A model generated the notes under the pieces. The model was given only the letters and a program-made list of their open reading frames with translations, did no database searches and had not been told where the DNA came from. DNA of 64,000 nt from Williopsis jadinii (Eukaryota), in the NCBI GenBank assembly GCA_024346625.1, contig AP024664.1:930001-994000 (forward strand), in the 5' to 3' direction. The translations under genes were made by a program, and so were the position numbers. Numbering within the stretch: the first letter of the stretch is position 1; each line of letters starts with the position of its first letter. Positions 11,225 to 22,384 of this stretch are shown here, one piece after another.

Positions 11225-12181
11225 TTAAATTGAACTGTGATCCTGCACTTTCAAAAAATCGTCAACATCTGTTAGCCATGACTGGCCATGGGACTGTAAC
11301 GCCACAGTATCATCAGGCTTAAACTTCAACCCTTCCATTATAACGCTCCAATTCTGCAACAAAGAACCATCTGCGTCGTTATTCTGATCAAAGTCCTTGT
11401 CTGTGCTTGCAGCGGAACTGGAACCTTCTGATGCGAATACCGATGGCTGTATCATGTCAGAAATCACACCATGAGTATGGATGTTGGATATGTTGTTGTC
11501 TTCCCTTGATATGCTGCTGGTGTATGAAGAATTTTTTTCCCAATCGATATACTTTAGTGACTCTATACTTCTCTTTATCACGTCTATTGCAATGTTATCC
11601 AATATCTGCTTGATGGATTCCCCGTTTCTTGACAACGACAGTGCACTATTTGTCGTTCTGTTGTTTGACTGGATCACATCTGATATTTGTGAGAGCATTT
11701 TCAGATTTTCTCTGTCTTCTTCTTCGTTGAAGTCAATGCTCGCCCGACGGTTGGAAGGTGTTTGTTGATGGATGTGTTCTTTCGAAGTTTCTGGTGGTGA
11801 TACTGAGGACTGGGCTGATGTGTACTGTGTCGACACTGTCGAATTCGACCGACTACTGGCGGAGAAGTCTCGAACACTTTCTTTCGGTAAATGATCCCCG
11901 TGATCACATGAGTTGGATCTCTTTGATGAATTTGCGTCCATATTGATCTGGAATGAAGAAGTCGAATCTATAAACGAGGATCCCGGTGATGTTTTTAACG
12001 ACTTGACGTTGAAGATCCTGATATTCTCTGGATATTTACACTCCAATCCTCTCTTGGAACAGCTTTCGCATACTGGTTTAGCACCGTCACACTTCTTCTT
12101 CTTCTGACGACACGTCAGACATCCCTTCTGTGTTCTTTCGAATCTCTTCGAATGCTTAAAGGACTTTCTTGACGTTGACAT
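11225..12181 (-). CDS. Zn(II)2Cys6 transcription factor, short, without middle homology region
   Basis: GCLTCRQKKKKCDGAKPVCESCSKRGLEC; Ser-rich middle; acidic/hydrophobic C-terminus. Confidence 0.88.
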   Translation of the reverse strand: MSTSRKSFKHSKRFERTQKGCLTCRQKKKKCDGAKPVCESCSKRGLECKYPENIRIFNVKSLKTSPGSSFIDSTSSFQINMDANSSKRSNSCDHGDHLPKESVRDFSASSRSNSTVSTQYTSAQSSVSPPETSKEHIHQQTPSNRRASIDFNEEEDRENLKMLSQISDVIQSNNRTTNSALSLSRNGESIKQILDNIAIDVIKRSIESLKYIDWEKNSSYTSSISREDNNISNIHTHGVISDMIQPSVFASEGSSSAASTDKDFDQNNDADGSLLQNWSVIMEGLKFKPDDTVALQSHGQSWLTDVDDFLKVQDHSSI

Positions 12182-13344
12182 TTGTGTGTATATGTTATTA
12201 GAACACCACCTAACGTTCCGGTAAGGACAAACTGCAAATGGACTATAAAGGAAATCGACAGGACCGACGAAGGGTTATATATTCACAGTACTTCTTGAAG
12301 TGACAATCATTATTATGTACACTGTCTGTAAGAAGGATATTCATTTAGCTTTCGTCGCTGATATGTGGCTTCAATTGTGGTACTCTTCACACATGGTAAC
12401 TTACATATGTCCAGCGCCCACCAAGGAGTAGAAAGAAACGCCGCCTTTACTACACAACGAACAATATCCTAATAACTAACCACAGTTCACTCTATCTGTC
12501 CTTTTGTCCCTTTACTGTGCTGAGCTCACTAGCCACTCTCCTATGAATTTCCCAAATTGGTCCGAACTGTGGAGGCTAGTGACAGGGGAAAATACTGTAT
12601 ACACGCCCAGACGTGCAGGTAGATTTTCGCAAGAATGTGACGATTTTGTTCGATAATGCAAGCCACAGCAACAACAAAGGCCCAGGGGTGGACCATTACA
12701 CAGTGAACGCTAGACATACAAACATCAGACACCCACCCACCACCGTTGGTCTTTCAAGAATTAGTAATACAACCATGTCAATAATGCACACAGTTATGGT
12801 AATACACATCGGTGCCGGACAAAGATGACGGTTTAATTGTGTAAGCGAATGATGGCCGTTAAACGTTGCTAAGAAAGTTCAACGTTGTAGAATGCGTGCG
12901 CATTGGGAAATAACTTGTCTTTCTTGTCGTCCCTTGTACGGGTACTTGTTTCCTCAGATTGATGACGAGAGGTAGGTGTGACAGCTAACACCTGTAGAGG
13001 GTCTACTCCAATCCACTGTTTGTCAAGATATTACAAGGCATATACACCATGCAACTAGAGGAAAGCGGAACTGCGGCGTTAATTTGCCATTTTGCCATGG
13101 TTGAAGCCTCGTTGTGCCTTCAATCCTGAGTGGTTATGCTGCAGATGTCAACTACTTACAAGTTACAATAGAGTATACGTTCACTGTGCATAATTTGCGT
13201 TGTAAAATACGCCAGTTGAAACGTCATGCCGTCATAAATTCAAGAAAGGTGGTATATGTATACAGATATAACAGTGTGTATTTATGAAATTTGCATTATG
13301 AATATGAAATGTGTGAGGTACGCCATGTGAAACGCAGCCATATA

Positions 13345-13935
13345 TCAGAAAACACCGCTTTCACCTCTGAGTACGTTCAAAACCAGCTTGTGCAACTCAC
13401 CCCATCTCCTCGAAGTGGTGAGCACTAAGCACATGAAATAGAAGACAAAGGCGAAAACCATATAGCTCGCAACGAGTAATGAATAGGTAAGGTACAGAAC
13501 GACGATCCCCCATTTGAACATGTCCTCCCATTTGACAAGGTCTATTGCAGAGCCGCATTCTTCTATAAATACCGTGGCAAAGTAGTTTATAAGGCATTCA
13601 TCCGTATGATTTGGCAAGTCGGTGATGTCAATGGCCTGGAACCTTACAATGTCTTCAAAGATATCGTTAGAGTACGTTGCGGCGCTTAGTAAATTCGACA
13701 GTATTTTAACAAATAGCACGGGTAATATTGCAAAGAGTAAAGCATCCATGAGCTTTTGAGCAGACCCCCTTTCTTCCTCGAGACCCTGTACTCTGTAGTT
13801 GTTCATCAAGTTATTCAGTTGTGGTTCAAGACCGCCATTCTCCTCCGCTTCTTGTAGCAGTTGTACGAGCAGCGTTCTCTCCTCCTCATCAAGCTCATAT
13901 GGATCGGTGCTTTGGAAATAGTCGAATATTGGCAT
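13345..13935 (-). CDS. ASI2: Asi2-like inner nuclear membrane Asi complex subunit
   Basis: C-terminus YLTYSLLVASYMVFAFVFYFMCLVLTTSRRW...SGVF matches Asi2 YLAYGVSGTVYMV...CLLFTVIRRY...PGVF; divergent to PGA1 as in S. cerevisiae; start set at first ATG (13935), 5' end uncertain. Confidence 0.8.
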   Translation of the reverse strand: MPIFDYFQSTDPYELDEEERTLLVQLLQEAEENGGLEPQLNNLMNNYRVQGLEEERGSAQKLMDALLFAILPVLFVKILSNLLSAATYSNDIFEDIVRFQAIDITDLPNHTDECLINYFATVFIEECGSAIDLVKWEDMFKWGIVVLYLTYSLLVASYMVFAFVFYFMCLVLTTSRRWGELHKLVLNVLRGESGVF

Positions 13936-14236
13936 CTTTGTATCAGTGGCAATCTCTATTCCCCTTAGCACTCGGTTAGTAAGCTTCCCATTACCATTTG
14001 ATGGGGTGCTGCGTGGGCTGTGGTGGTTTGTTTTTTTACCTTGTGCTTCGTTCCCATGTTTGGCTGTGGGCGGAGGGGCTGCCTGTCTGCCTCAGCACGC
14101 GCCCTCCTAGGAGACAAAAACTACGCTTGCGCAGCGGAGGGAAGAAGAAAATTTAAGGACAAGGCCAACGGATAAAGTCATCACTTGTAAGGGGTTTACC
14201 TACTTCACGTTCTACTCCTCAGCTATTGCAAAGGAG

Positions 14237-14856
14237 ATGTTGTACCACTTGATATGCATTTTCTACTACTCCCTTACTGTATTGGCCAATCTTGAATCCA
14301 CGGTGTTCATCGTACCTTCACAGACCAGTGGGACGAGCTTGTTGTTGAACGACTCTATAATCCCACTGGATTTCGACGAGACACAGCGTAAACAGTTGAT
14401 CACTTTGGATATCCCACCCCCTTTTAAGGGCGCATATGATCAACTGTATCAAGTACGAGGACTTTCACCGGGGAGTATCAACCATATCAAGCTTAGCTGG
14501 AGTGCACTTGTGAGTAATGCTGGCCTATTTTCTTCGCCAACAGCTACTAACTCAACGAGAAGGACCCAATTGACATTGTAAAGTTTGATGTTCTGCAACA
14601 AGATGACGCTACGTTGATTAGACTGAAGGCTGAGTACCACTGTTTCTCATCAGATCCCCGATTTATGGCGAATGCACACCCTGTCAATGTGCTCATCACG
14701 GCCACTGATCTAACGTGGTTGGTGCAGCCGGCACAAGTATTGGGGAAACTACCAACTATCGCACCCTTCTTGTTACTCTTGTGGTTATCATACCACTGTA
14801 TCAACACATTATCAGGTGCACTGGCCTATTATCTCTACAGTTATAAAAGCGTCTAA
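14237..14856 (+). CDS. PGA1: GPI-mannosyltransferase II co-activator Pga1; exons 14237-14509, 14563-14856
   Basis: Signal peptide (VLANLES); a 53-nt intron GTGAGT..TACTAAC..AAG joins two ORF fragments into IKLSWSAL|DPIDI; C-terminal TM; adjacent to ASI2. Confidence 0.8.
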
Positions 14857-15103
14857 GTGATGTTATCCCCCCCCCCCCACAGTTAAATTGGGGGTGTACC
14901 ACGGCCGAGCCCATGGCCAGCTGGAGAACTTCTGCTCCTAACAACAAATTCCCCCCCAGAGATGAGCAACAAAAAACATGACACAAATACACAAACACCC
15001 ACCCACACAAAAAAGAATACGACAAACGCACCATTGTTCTAACAGAGAACAATAAACATCCAGCGTATACCACACAGCGGTAAATATTTGCGAACAGGCT
15101 GTG

Positions 15104-15697
15104 ATGAGACGCTACGACAGTGCTGCTCTAAAGAAGTGGAACAGGGACGCGGAGAGAGATTCGGTTCCTTTGAGCGAAAACTTTAGGAATTTGATGGATG
15201 ACTCTGTGATGTTTGCCTCTGTCTCTAAGATTGAAGGTGAGTTTCAAAACCGCTATGTGGTACTCCTTTCCTGCTCTTAGCGTGCTAACTGAACCCTTCT
15301 AGAATCGTGGATTGACCTCCATAACAATCCATACGACGAAGAGAAGCACGACCACGACCAAGATGGCATCATGGATGAGCTACTGGCGGTCTGTGCTGAT
15401 GAACAAGCTCATGAAGGTGACGATCATTTGTCTGCGTCTCTAACTACAATACTACAGAGGCGGCACACCGTACAACATGCCGATTCCAAAGTGACATTTA
15501 CAGAGTTGAGCGATTCATCGTCGATCGAGTTGTCCATCCGTGGCCGTAAGAGAAGTCGTTCACATCAGAACTCCAACCATCCAATAACGCTGTCTGATGG
15601 AATTTCAGTACAATCGGTGGTTATTATTGGGATATTTGTAACTGTAAGCTTTAGCTTGGGTTATGCGATGGGCTCAAAGAGGATGAGATTGGGTTAA
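15104..15697 (+). CDS. Uncharacterised tail-anchored protein with AIM/LIR-like motif; exons 15104-15236, 15303-15697 (175 aa)
   Basis: Intron GTGAGT..TGCTAAC..TAG gives continuous frame MRRYDSAALKKW...SKIEESWIDL...SASLTTILQ...VVIIGIFVTVSFSLGYAMGSKRMRLG. Confidence 0.8.
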
Positions 15698-15978
15698 GAC
15701 AAGGTTTGTTTTGTCCTTGGCTGATATGTATGGTAATAGGTAAATGGGTATGGTTTCAAGTTTCAAAGGCTGCAATTAGTTGGTATTGTTGTGAACAACT
15801 GCACAGTACTGCAAATGGCTATGGTAAGTTCAACAGTACGAATCAGTATGACAGAAGAGTACATGTACGATATAATGGGAATCCTTTTGTTTATAATGCT
15901 TTAATAAATAAAAGAAAGCGATAAAAATATATAAATAAGTGGTTGATGGAATAAATAGAGATAAATATATAAGGTGGT

Positions 15979-16609
15979 TTATGCCTTGTAAGTGTTGAAG
16001 AGTCTACATGGGTACTCATCTGTGTACATTCCATGATCACCTTTAACAAGGTCCCATGAGTAGCCTTTGTTCAAACTTGGTGCAACAACAGGTTCACCAT
16101 TAGAACCAAGGATTTGACCATTAACAACGGTGTCTGGAACTTGTTTGAGAACAGAGCTCAGGTAGACGTGCTTGTCCTTGTCGAAAACTGCAAGTTGTTT
16201 ATAGCCTTCGTTACCAATGAGAACTCTTGAAGCCTGCTTTGAACCTAGAGTCAACAATCCAGAGATCTTTGTTTGGTCAAAACTGGAGATTCTTGGGTAG
16301 TTACGACGATGGTCACGTTTGAAGTAGCTGTTTTGCTTGATATCACCGGCTGGAATAGTCACAGCATCTTTGTAGCTCTTTGCGTTTGGGTCAGCACCTG
16401 GAGGAGGCTCGCGGTACAAAGCAACAAGTGGGTTACCAGTGGATCTGTTTGGGACCAAAACCAACAGTTGGCGAATCTTCTCCCAAATGCCCCTTGAGCC
16501 AGTGGTGTATTTCTAAGGGTAAAGTTAGTTAATCCATTTTCAACAAACAGTTGCGGAAAAAAAAGGAGAATGTACTCACTTGCCACACAGGAACAGGACC
16601 ACCACTCAT
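15979..16609 (-). CDS. Mitochondrial complex I accessory subunit (fungal 21.3 kDa/NUZM); exons 16580-16609, 15979-16512
   Basis: MSGGPVPVWQ|KYTTGSRGIWEKIRQLLVLVPNRSTGNP..PPPG..PAGDI..KRDHRRNYP; intron GTGAGT..AACTAAC..TAG. Confidence 0.9.
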
Positions 16610-16897
16610 CTTCTAAATAGTTGTTGAGGGTTGTTATTTGTTTGAAACTGGAGTGAATATATCAAACAACATTGTTTCCATTGGCTCCCCTTTTTTTCCT
16701 TCCTCGTTCTTTTGGGTTCAAGGGAAATTCGCGGGAAATACACCTGGACACCAGACAATCCGAACACCAATCCATCCGAACACCCATTTGGTTGATTTTC
16801 ACCAACCTTGCGACGATCGGATGGGACCCTTTAAAACAGCTCTTGCTGGAGAGAAACCCTTGAGCGAACCATTTAGACGGAGGTAAGCGGTATAGAT

Positions 16898-17245
16898 ATG
16901 TCTAACATCGAACAGAAACGCGATGGCATATCTCATACAGAGCCCAAGAGTATAAGACCAATACCTGATCTTGACAGAAGCTGGTTAAAGCTTTCGCTAT
17001 GGTTTCTGCTCTTTGTTCTAATGTCGTATAGCGTCTTGGTATCGTCGATACACCACCCGTCTACAAGTCTGTTAAGCTACATACCGACATGGACACAGAA
17101 GCTCATAAACAGGAACACCAACACCGTCGGTATAGGTGGACCCATCTTCACCTCGTTCGATTTCGATCCAAACGTGGATCCATCGCCCACTCCTGTTATT
17201 GTCTTCGGAATGCTGATGATCATCTTTGTTGTACTCCTCTCATAG
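16898..17245 (+). CDS. Hypothetical small membrane protein (2 hydrophobic segments)
   Basis: 115-aa ATG ORF divergent from NUZM; no family recognised. Confidence 0.5.
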   Translation: MSNIEQKRDGISHTEPKSIRPIPDLDRSWLKLSLWFLLFVLMSYSVLVSSIHHPSTSLLSYIPTWTQKLINRNTNTVGIGGPIFTSFDFDPNVDPSPTPVIVFGMLMIIFVVLLS

Positions 17246-17954
17246 GACTCACTGGACATTATTCATAGAGGGTCGGTATATGACCTCCGGACCGCACGTG
17301 ACTACGTATAACGATAAAAGCTTTGTAAATATAATGACCCATATTCATTCTGATGTGTGATTTTGATGTATATGATCTGTAAGAAGTCATTTCTCGGAAT
17401 ATCGCTCGTCTGCCTAGCTGCATGCCCTAGACGGCACCAGCATTTAAACCAGTGCTTCGGGCATGTGATCTTCGAAGAAATATCGGGGCTTCCATATAAG
17501 CTGGACCAGGTGCTTGCAGATGTACACAATTCAGAGGCTTGCTGGTAGCTGAAGCCACACGTTAATCCTCCAAACAGTAGCGTCCGATACCACCAATGAG
17601 GCCGTCAACCTCCTCCCCCCCCCCTGCCATACGCTCGGATTTGGGTTCTTCGGTAAACCCACATGGGTACGTCCGAAGGGGATTTTACAACAGATTGTGC
17701 GCGCTGTGCCTCGATGTTTAACCTGAGTGCAGCAGCACAAATTATATATATACCAATTAGAGAGAGCTCATTCCTCTTCCCTGTAATTGTGCTTAGCTCA
17801 TCCAACGGGTCGATCCACTCTACAGTTTCTTGTAGTATTATACCAAGAACAAAAATACAGAAGGAAAAACATTCCTTTGCTTCTCCAACAGTTGGCAACG
17901 CACAACGGAACACTGAAGAGCCAGATTTAAGGAACATCGGGGGAGTAAAGAAAG

Positions 17955-18644
17955 ATGCCGGCACATTACAGGCTTCCATCTACTGTTTATTTCATTGTGA
18001 ATACGTTTGCTCTAGCACTGGGGTCGTGGGGTCTTTCGTTCATAACTTCGAGTCCCTTACCTGAACAACTGGCGGAGGGTGGTCCATGGCAGTTCCTCAC
18101 GAACCTGTCACTCGCATTGTCGTTGATTGCAATCATCTCCAACTACGTTGTGATTCTGTTCAAGCCCACCTCTCTAACGCTGAAGCTAAACGCCACTCTC
18201 AACGCAAGCTCACTGGTATTGGAAACCCTTGTTGCACTGATCTATTGGACGCTGAAGATCTTCTTCATGGCCCTTATCGTTCCAGAGAACGTCACCAAGG
18301 ACAAGTTCATCCCTATACAGGTTGATCTCACCATCCATCTGTTCCCAGTCTTCTACCTGTCAACTGACTACTGCTTCAACAGAACCGATGCCTTTAGACT
18401 GCCTCTCCTGTTTGTCATATCCATGGTTGGCACGCTCACAGGAGCTTACTGGCTCATCCTGGAGGCGCTCGTAAAGCCACCGGCTCATTACCCATATCCG
18501 TTCCTCAACGTTGAAGAGAGCGAAAGAATGAAGATCTTTGTAGCCGTTGGTCTCCTCGCTTTGGCATTCTACCATCTCTACGAATACATCCACACCATCG
18601 TGGAGAGAGTCTTATATAGCACGGATAAGGCTAAAAGTGACTAG
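17955..18644 (+). CDS. FAR-17a/AIG1-like membrane protein (YHR140W-like)
   Basis: GGPWQFLTNLSL, LETLVALIYW, DLTIHLFP, YPYPFL; multiple TM helices. Confidence 0.88.
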   Translation: MPAHYRLPSTVYFIVNTFALALGSWGLSFITSSPLPEQLAEGGPWQFLTNLSLALSLIAIISNYVVILFKPTSLTLKLNATLNASSLVLETLVALIYWTLKIFFMALIVPENVTKDKFIPIQVDLTIHLFPVFYLSTDYCFNRTDAFRLPLLFVISMVGTLTGAYWLILEALVKPPAHYPYPFLNVEESERMKIFVAVGLLALAFYHLYEYIHTIVERVLYSTDKAKSD

Positions 18645-19023
18645 AACGCTTATCCGGATCGCTAATAAAACGAATAGACAGCAAATAAAACGAATAAACA
18701 ATAAATAAAACGAATAGACAACAACAATTACGTAATTACCATCCTGTCCCTCCCCACGCTGTCGCTCCCACTGTTTTGATTGGCGTGTCGTTAAGAGCAA
18801 AGGTGTAACAGCGCGCACAGTTGAAGAAAACCTAACGTGTTGTGTGCGTGTGTTTTTTTGTCTTAGTCCTTAGCCTTACGCTCGTACAAACGGACGTTGA
18901 AAGACGAAGGAAGAAGCAACATTATTGGGAAAACCCAGAAAAAACTCGGACAAATAGGTGGTGCCTTGTTGATCTTCTCCTGAGGACTTTATATATACGA
19001 ACAACGAACGAAGTGGTGGGAGA

Positions 19024-19818
19024 ATGAGCGCATTGGACCAATCCACTGATACTGATTTGACAGCGCCAGGGTTGTCATCCATATACGAGAATGGCAACGA
19101 CGAGAGCTACACCGACTTGTACGAGGAGCTCTCCGCCAACCTGGGTAAACACAACGATGAGCCGGAGCTGATCCACAGGAAGAAGACATCCTGCTTGTAC
19201 CGTGTTTTACATATAGCCTTCAGCTTAACAGTGCTTGGATCATTAGGTCTCTTGTATAACCAAGTTGGCCAACATATCCATGACAACCACATTCTGGTAC
19301 CGCAGTTGGCCTCAAAGCCTTTGAACATTGGCTATAACATCATCAACAGCATTCTTGGTGGCAGGGCATCGACACCGCTGCTCTACGCCATCGAAGGTGT
19401 ATTCTTTGGAGTGTTGTTGCCTGTGTTTGACAAGTACGTCTTCAAGTCATCGTCGAAGAGTAACGGTGTCCTTGACAGCTCCAACATTATCCCATCCGCT
19501 GTCGCGTTCCTAGGTGTTGTGTTTGCAGTGAGAAAAATCGAATGGACTTCTTCAATTCAAGCTGCGGTGGCATGGTCAATGTTGAGTCCGTGCCTTTGGT
19601 TCTTGTTGGATGGTACAACCGCTGGTATCGTTACAGGTACGCTGATTGGATCCTTGGCTTCAATTTCAGTGGCTGTCGTGGAGGGACTCCCAGTGGCCTT
19701 TTACAAGGACCTGGAATTCATCGCCACCATGCTGTGGTTAGGAAACTTCTACTTCTTTGGTGTCATCATCTTTGGTAAGGTTGGAAGATACCTCTTCAAC
19801 GAACAGTGGATTTTGTAA
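19024..19818 (+). CDS. NSG2: INSIG family protein Nsg1/Nsg2
   Basis: HIHDNH, EGVFFGVLLPVFD, FLGVVFAVRKIEWTSSIQ, LWFLLDGT, FGKVGRYL; next to IGO as in S. cerevisiae. Confidence 0.88.
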   Translation: MSALDQSTDTDLTAPGLSSIYENGNDESYTDLYEELSANLGKHNDEPELIHRKKTSCLYRVLHIAFSLTVLGSLGLLYNQVGQHIHDNHILVPQLASKPLNIGYNIINSILGGRASTPLLYAIEGVFFGVLLPVFDKYVFKSSSKSNGVLDSSNIIPSAVAFLGVVFAVRKIEWTSSIQAAVAWSMLSPCLWFLLDGTTAGIVTGTLIGSLASISVAVVEGLPVAFYKDLEFIATMLWLGNFYFFGVIIFGKVGRYLFNEQWIL

Positions 19819-19982
19819 TCATGATACCTACATAACTGGACAAGATCATTTAATTCATTTAATCAGGTCATTTAACATATATAGAAAAAGAGCGTTGCTG
19901 TGATGATTGGAAACTACTATTCCATTTCAGTGCCAATTTACCCACTGTCTTCCCTCCTCTGATATCGTATATATATGGCACT

Positions 19983-20282
19983 TCACTTGTCATCCAGCTT
20001 CGCCTCGTTCTCCAGCGAACTCTTTGGAGCAGAGCCTTGTCCACTCACAGAGTTTCTGTTGATCCTCGATATCATCTCTGGGTTCAGATGTCTATTGCTC
20101 AATCTGGAATTGATGTCCTTCACACCAGCTTGGTTAAGGGCATAATCCCCGCTGTCAAAATACTTGCGCTCCTGTAGCTTGTGTGAGATTAATTCGGTCC
20201 TTGAAGGGAGTTTTCCATACAGCTTATAAAGCTTCTGTTCTTGTGGTGTCAGCTTAGAAATGTCAACGTCGTTATCAGGCAT
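19983..20282 (-). CDS. IGO1: Endosulfine Igo1/Igo2
   Basis: KLYKLYGKLP, RKYFDSGDYAL (Greatwall/Rim15 site). Confidence 0.95.
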   Translation of the reverse strand: MPDNDVDISKLTPQEQKLYKLYGKLPSRTELISHKLQERKYFDSGDYALNQAGVKDINSRLSNRHLNPEMISRINRNSVSGQGSAPKSSLENEAKLDDK

Positions 20283-20659
20283 CCTTGTAGTGCTGGTTCA
20301 AGGCCTTCTCCTCATCATTATCATCACTTGGAGATGACCCAGAAAGGCGGCCTCAATTTTCTATAGCGTAAAGGGGGAGGACAAGGGGCAATGGCAAGTG
20401 TGGTGTTGGGATGTCGGTTGGGGCACCTGATCTGTGGCGCCCCCTGCTTTCTTTACATCTGGTGTTTGGATGTAAGGGTTGCACCGATTAATGCAACCAG
20501 TATTTAGCAGCTGGGCAGAGAGATGAGATCTGGTTTTACAGCTACTTATGTATGAACAAGCACCAATGAATACATCAAACGAATAATTGGTTCAGACTAT
20601 GAAATAAATACTTTACTGTGCTCTAAAAATTGCCACCAGGGCCCTTCGATAAAATACGT

Positions 20660-22384
20660 TTAATCTTCAAGAATTTTCCTGTTCTCCTCGACAAACTTCC
20701 AGTAGAGGTGCTTGGTCTTATTTCTCCAGTATGGACCAGTGTATCTCATAATGAGGAAAGTCCCGTTACAGAACAACAAGATGCAAGCAGAGGAGATGAA
20801 TGCGTTCTTCAACCCCATGTTTGTGACCCAGTGTGTCAAACCGTAAGAACAGGCAAAGGACATCAGGTTTCTGATAACAATCACAACCACCATACCTTCT
20901 GTATCAAGTTCGTGGTAGGAATCAGAGCAGTACGTGACACCAGCAGCAACACCAAATATCCCACATCCACCGAGCACACCCATGGAGATCACAAGAAGCA
21001 TCCAGTGCTTCTCATAGTACGCACCCACACCCCAACCAATTGAAGCCAGGAACCCTAGAACCATGTATATGATCAGAATCCAAAGTCTATCTTCCGGGTA
21101 TGAGAGACCATCAGGTCTTCTCTTTGCGAAAAACACCTTCATCCAGTCAGACAAAGCACCTGAGAGGAAGAAGAATACACATGAAAAGATTGTTGGGGAA
21201 ATGTAGGACAAACCAACCATAGATGGAGAAAAGTTGTATGGAGGAGCGGTCAGAATCATACCGGCAGTAGCATTCAACAGGTTAAACCAAACCAAAGAGG
21301 AACCATAAACAAACCCAGCCCAGAGGATAGATGGAAATAAAAGCATTTTGAATGGACCAAGAAGATAATGAGGTAGGAGGAACTTGCTCTTAAGACCATG
21401 CGTAAAGGACATTTTTTCTACCCAGGTTCTTGAAGAAGTTTTCGGATATTCAACTTCGTCAGAGGTGTCAAAGTTTTCGTTGATATTCCCTAATCTTTCT
21501 TCCACCGTCTTGTTTGAAAGAACTGGATTTATTTTCTCGTTATCTGAAGAGACATTCATATCACTTTCGGCAACCATATCGATGGAAGTTATAGCTTCAA
21601 GCACCTTTACAGGGTTGACTTTTCTGTTGTAGTTGGTCTCCTCCATGAACAAAAACAGAAAGATGAACGCCACTGCTCCCCAAATGGAACAGAAATACAT
21701 CACCCACTCCCATTCCATGCCGTTAGTGATGAAGCCTGCCACCACCGGAGCGATGTAGTTTGATGTAAGCAGGGCAAGTCCATATATACTCATACCAGTG
21801 GCCCTTTCATGTTCAAAGAAGATGTCTGAAACAGAGATTTCACACAGGGACTCGATTGGAGCACCAACAAATCCCTGGAGAATCTTAGAACCAATCCACT
21901 CGGCATTCGTCTTACAATATGGAGACCAAATACACACCAATGCGGTGGCGAGAACACTGAACAGGTACACAGGTCTCTTACCATACTGCAAGGCCAGGGG
22001 CTGGAAGATCATACAACCCAGGCCAAAGAACAAGAACATGTAACCGGTACCCGAGTTCAAATCACCAAGTGAGATACCGGTCTTCGCTGAGATATTAGTC
22101 AAAACAGAGTAGATAGCAGCAGAAGGAATACCAACACCATAAGTGTAAACAACAACACAAAACATCGACATCCACTTACGGCGCGGAGTCCAGTTCAGCG
22201 GGTCATCTGGGTCGTCAGATGGCGTGGGAATCAGCACAATCTTCTTGTTCCCTGACGAGTGACGGGCAGCCATGCTGCCGTCGAGGTCCACAAGGTTTGT
22301 GTTGCCCGGTATGGCGTCGTAGTTGATAGTCTGACCTGTCATTTCGTTGCTAGGTCGTACAAAATTCTCTGCGATAATCGTCAT
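20660..22384 (-). CDS. MFS transporter, HOL1 family (copy A)
   Basis: IPG..LVD, LIPTPSDDPDDPLNW, YGKRPVYL, FFEHERA, FMEETNY, PEDRLW, IRNLMSF; ~12 TM. Confidence 0.92.
   Translation of the reverse strand: MTIIAENFVRPSNEMTGQTINYDAIPGNTNLVDLDGSMAARHSSGNKKIVLIPTPSDDPDDPLNWTPRRKWMSMFCVVVYTYGVGIPSAAIYSVLTNISAKTGISLGDLNSGTGYMFLFFGLGCMIFQPLALQYGKRPVYLFSVLATALVCIWSPYCKTNAEWIGSKILQGFVGAPIESLCEISVSDIFFEHERATGMSIYGLALLTSNYIAPVVAGFITNGMEWEWVMYFCSIWGAVAFIFLFLFMEETNYNRKVNPVKVLEAITSIDMVAESDMNVSSDNEKINPVLSNKTVEERLGNINENFDTSDEVEYPKTSSRTWVEKMSFTHGLKSKFLLPHYLLGPFKMLLFPSILWAGFVYGSSLVWFNLLNATAGMILTAPPYNFSPSMVGLSYISPTIFSCVFFFLSGALSDWMKVFFAKRRPDGLSYPEDRLWILIIYMVLGFLASIGWGVGAYYEKHWMLLVISMGVLGGCGIFGVAAGVTYCSDSYHELDTEGMVVVIVIRNLMSFACSYGLTHWVTNMGLKNAFISSACILLFCNGTFLIMRYTGPYWRNKTKHLYWKFVEENRKILED

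Noticed and set aside
13936..14057. Possible upstream ASI2 exon/intron (ATG..AAG|GTAAAA..TACTAAC)
   Set aside because: Donor is poor and no YAG/AAG acceptor gives an in-frame join; may be a 5'UTR intron but unsupported
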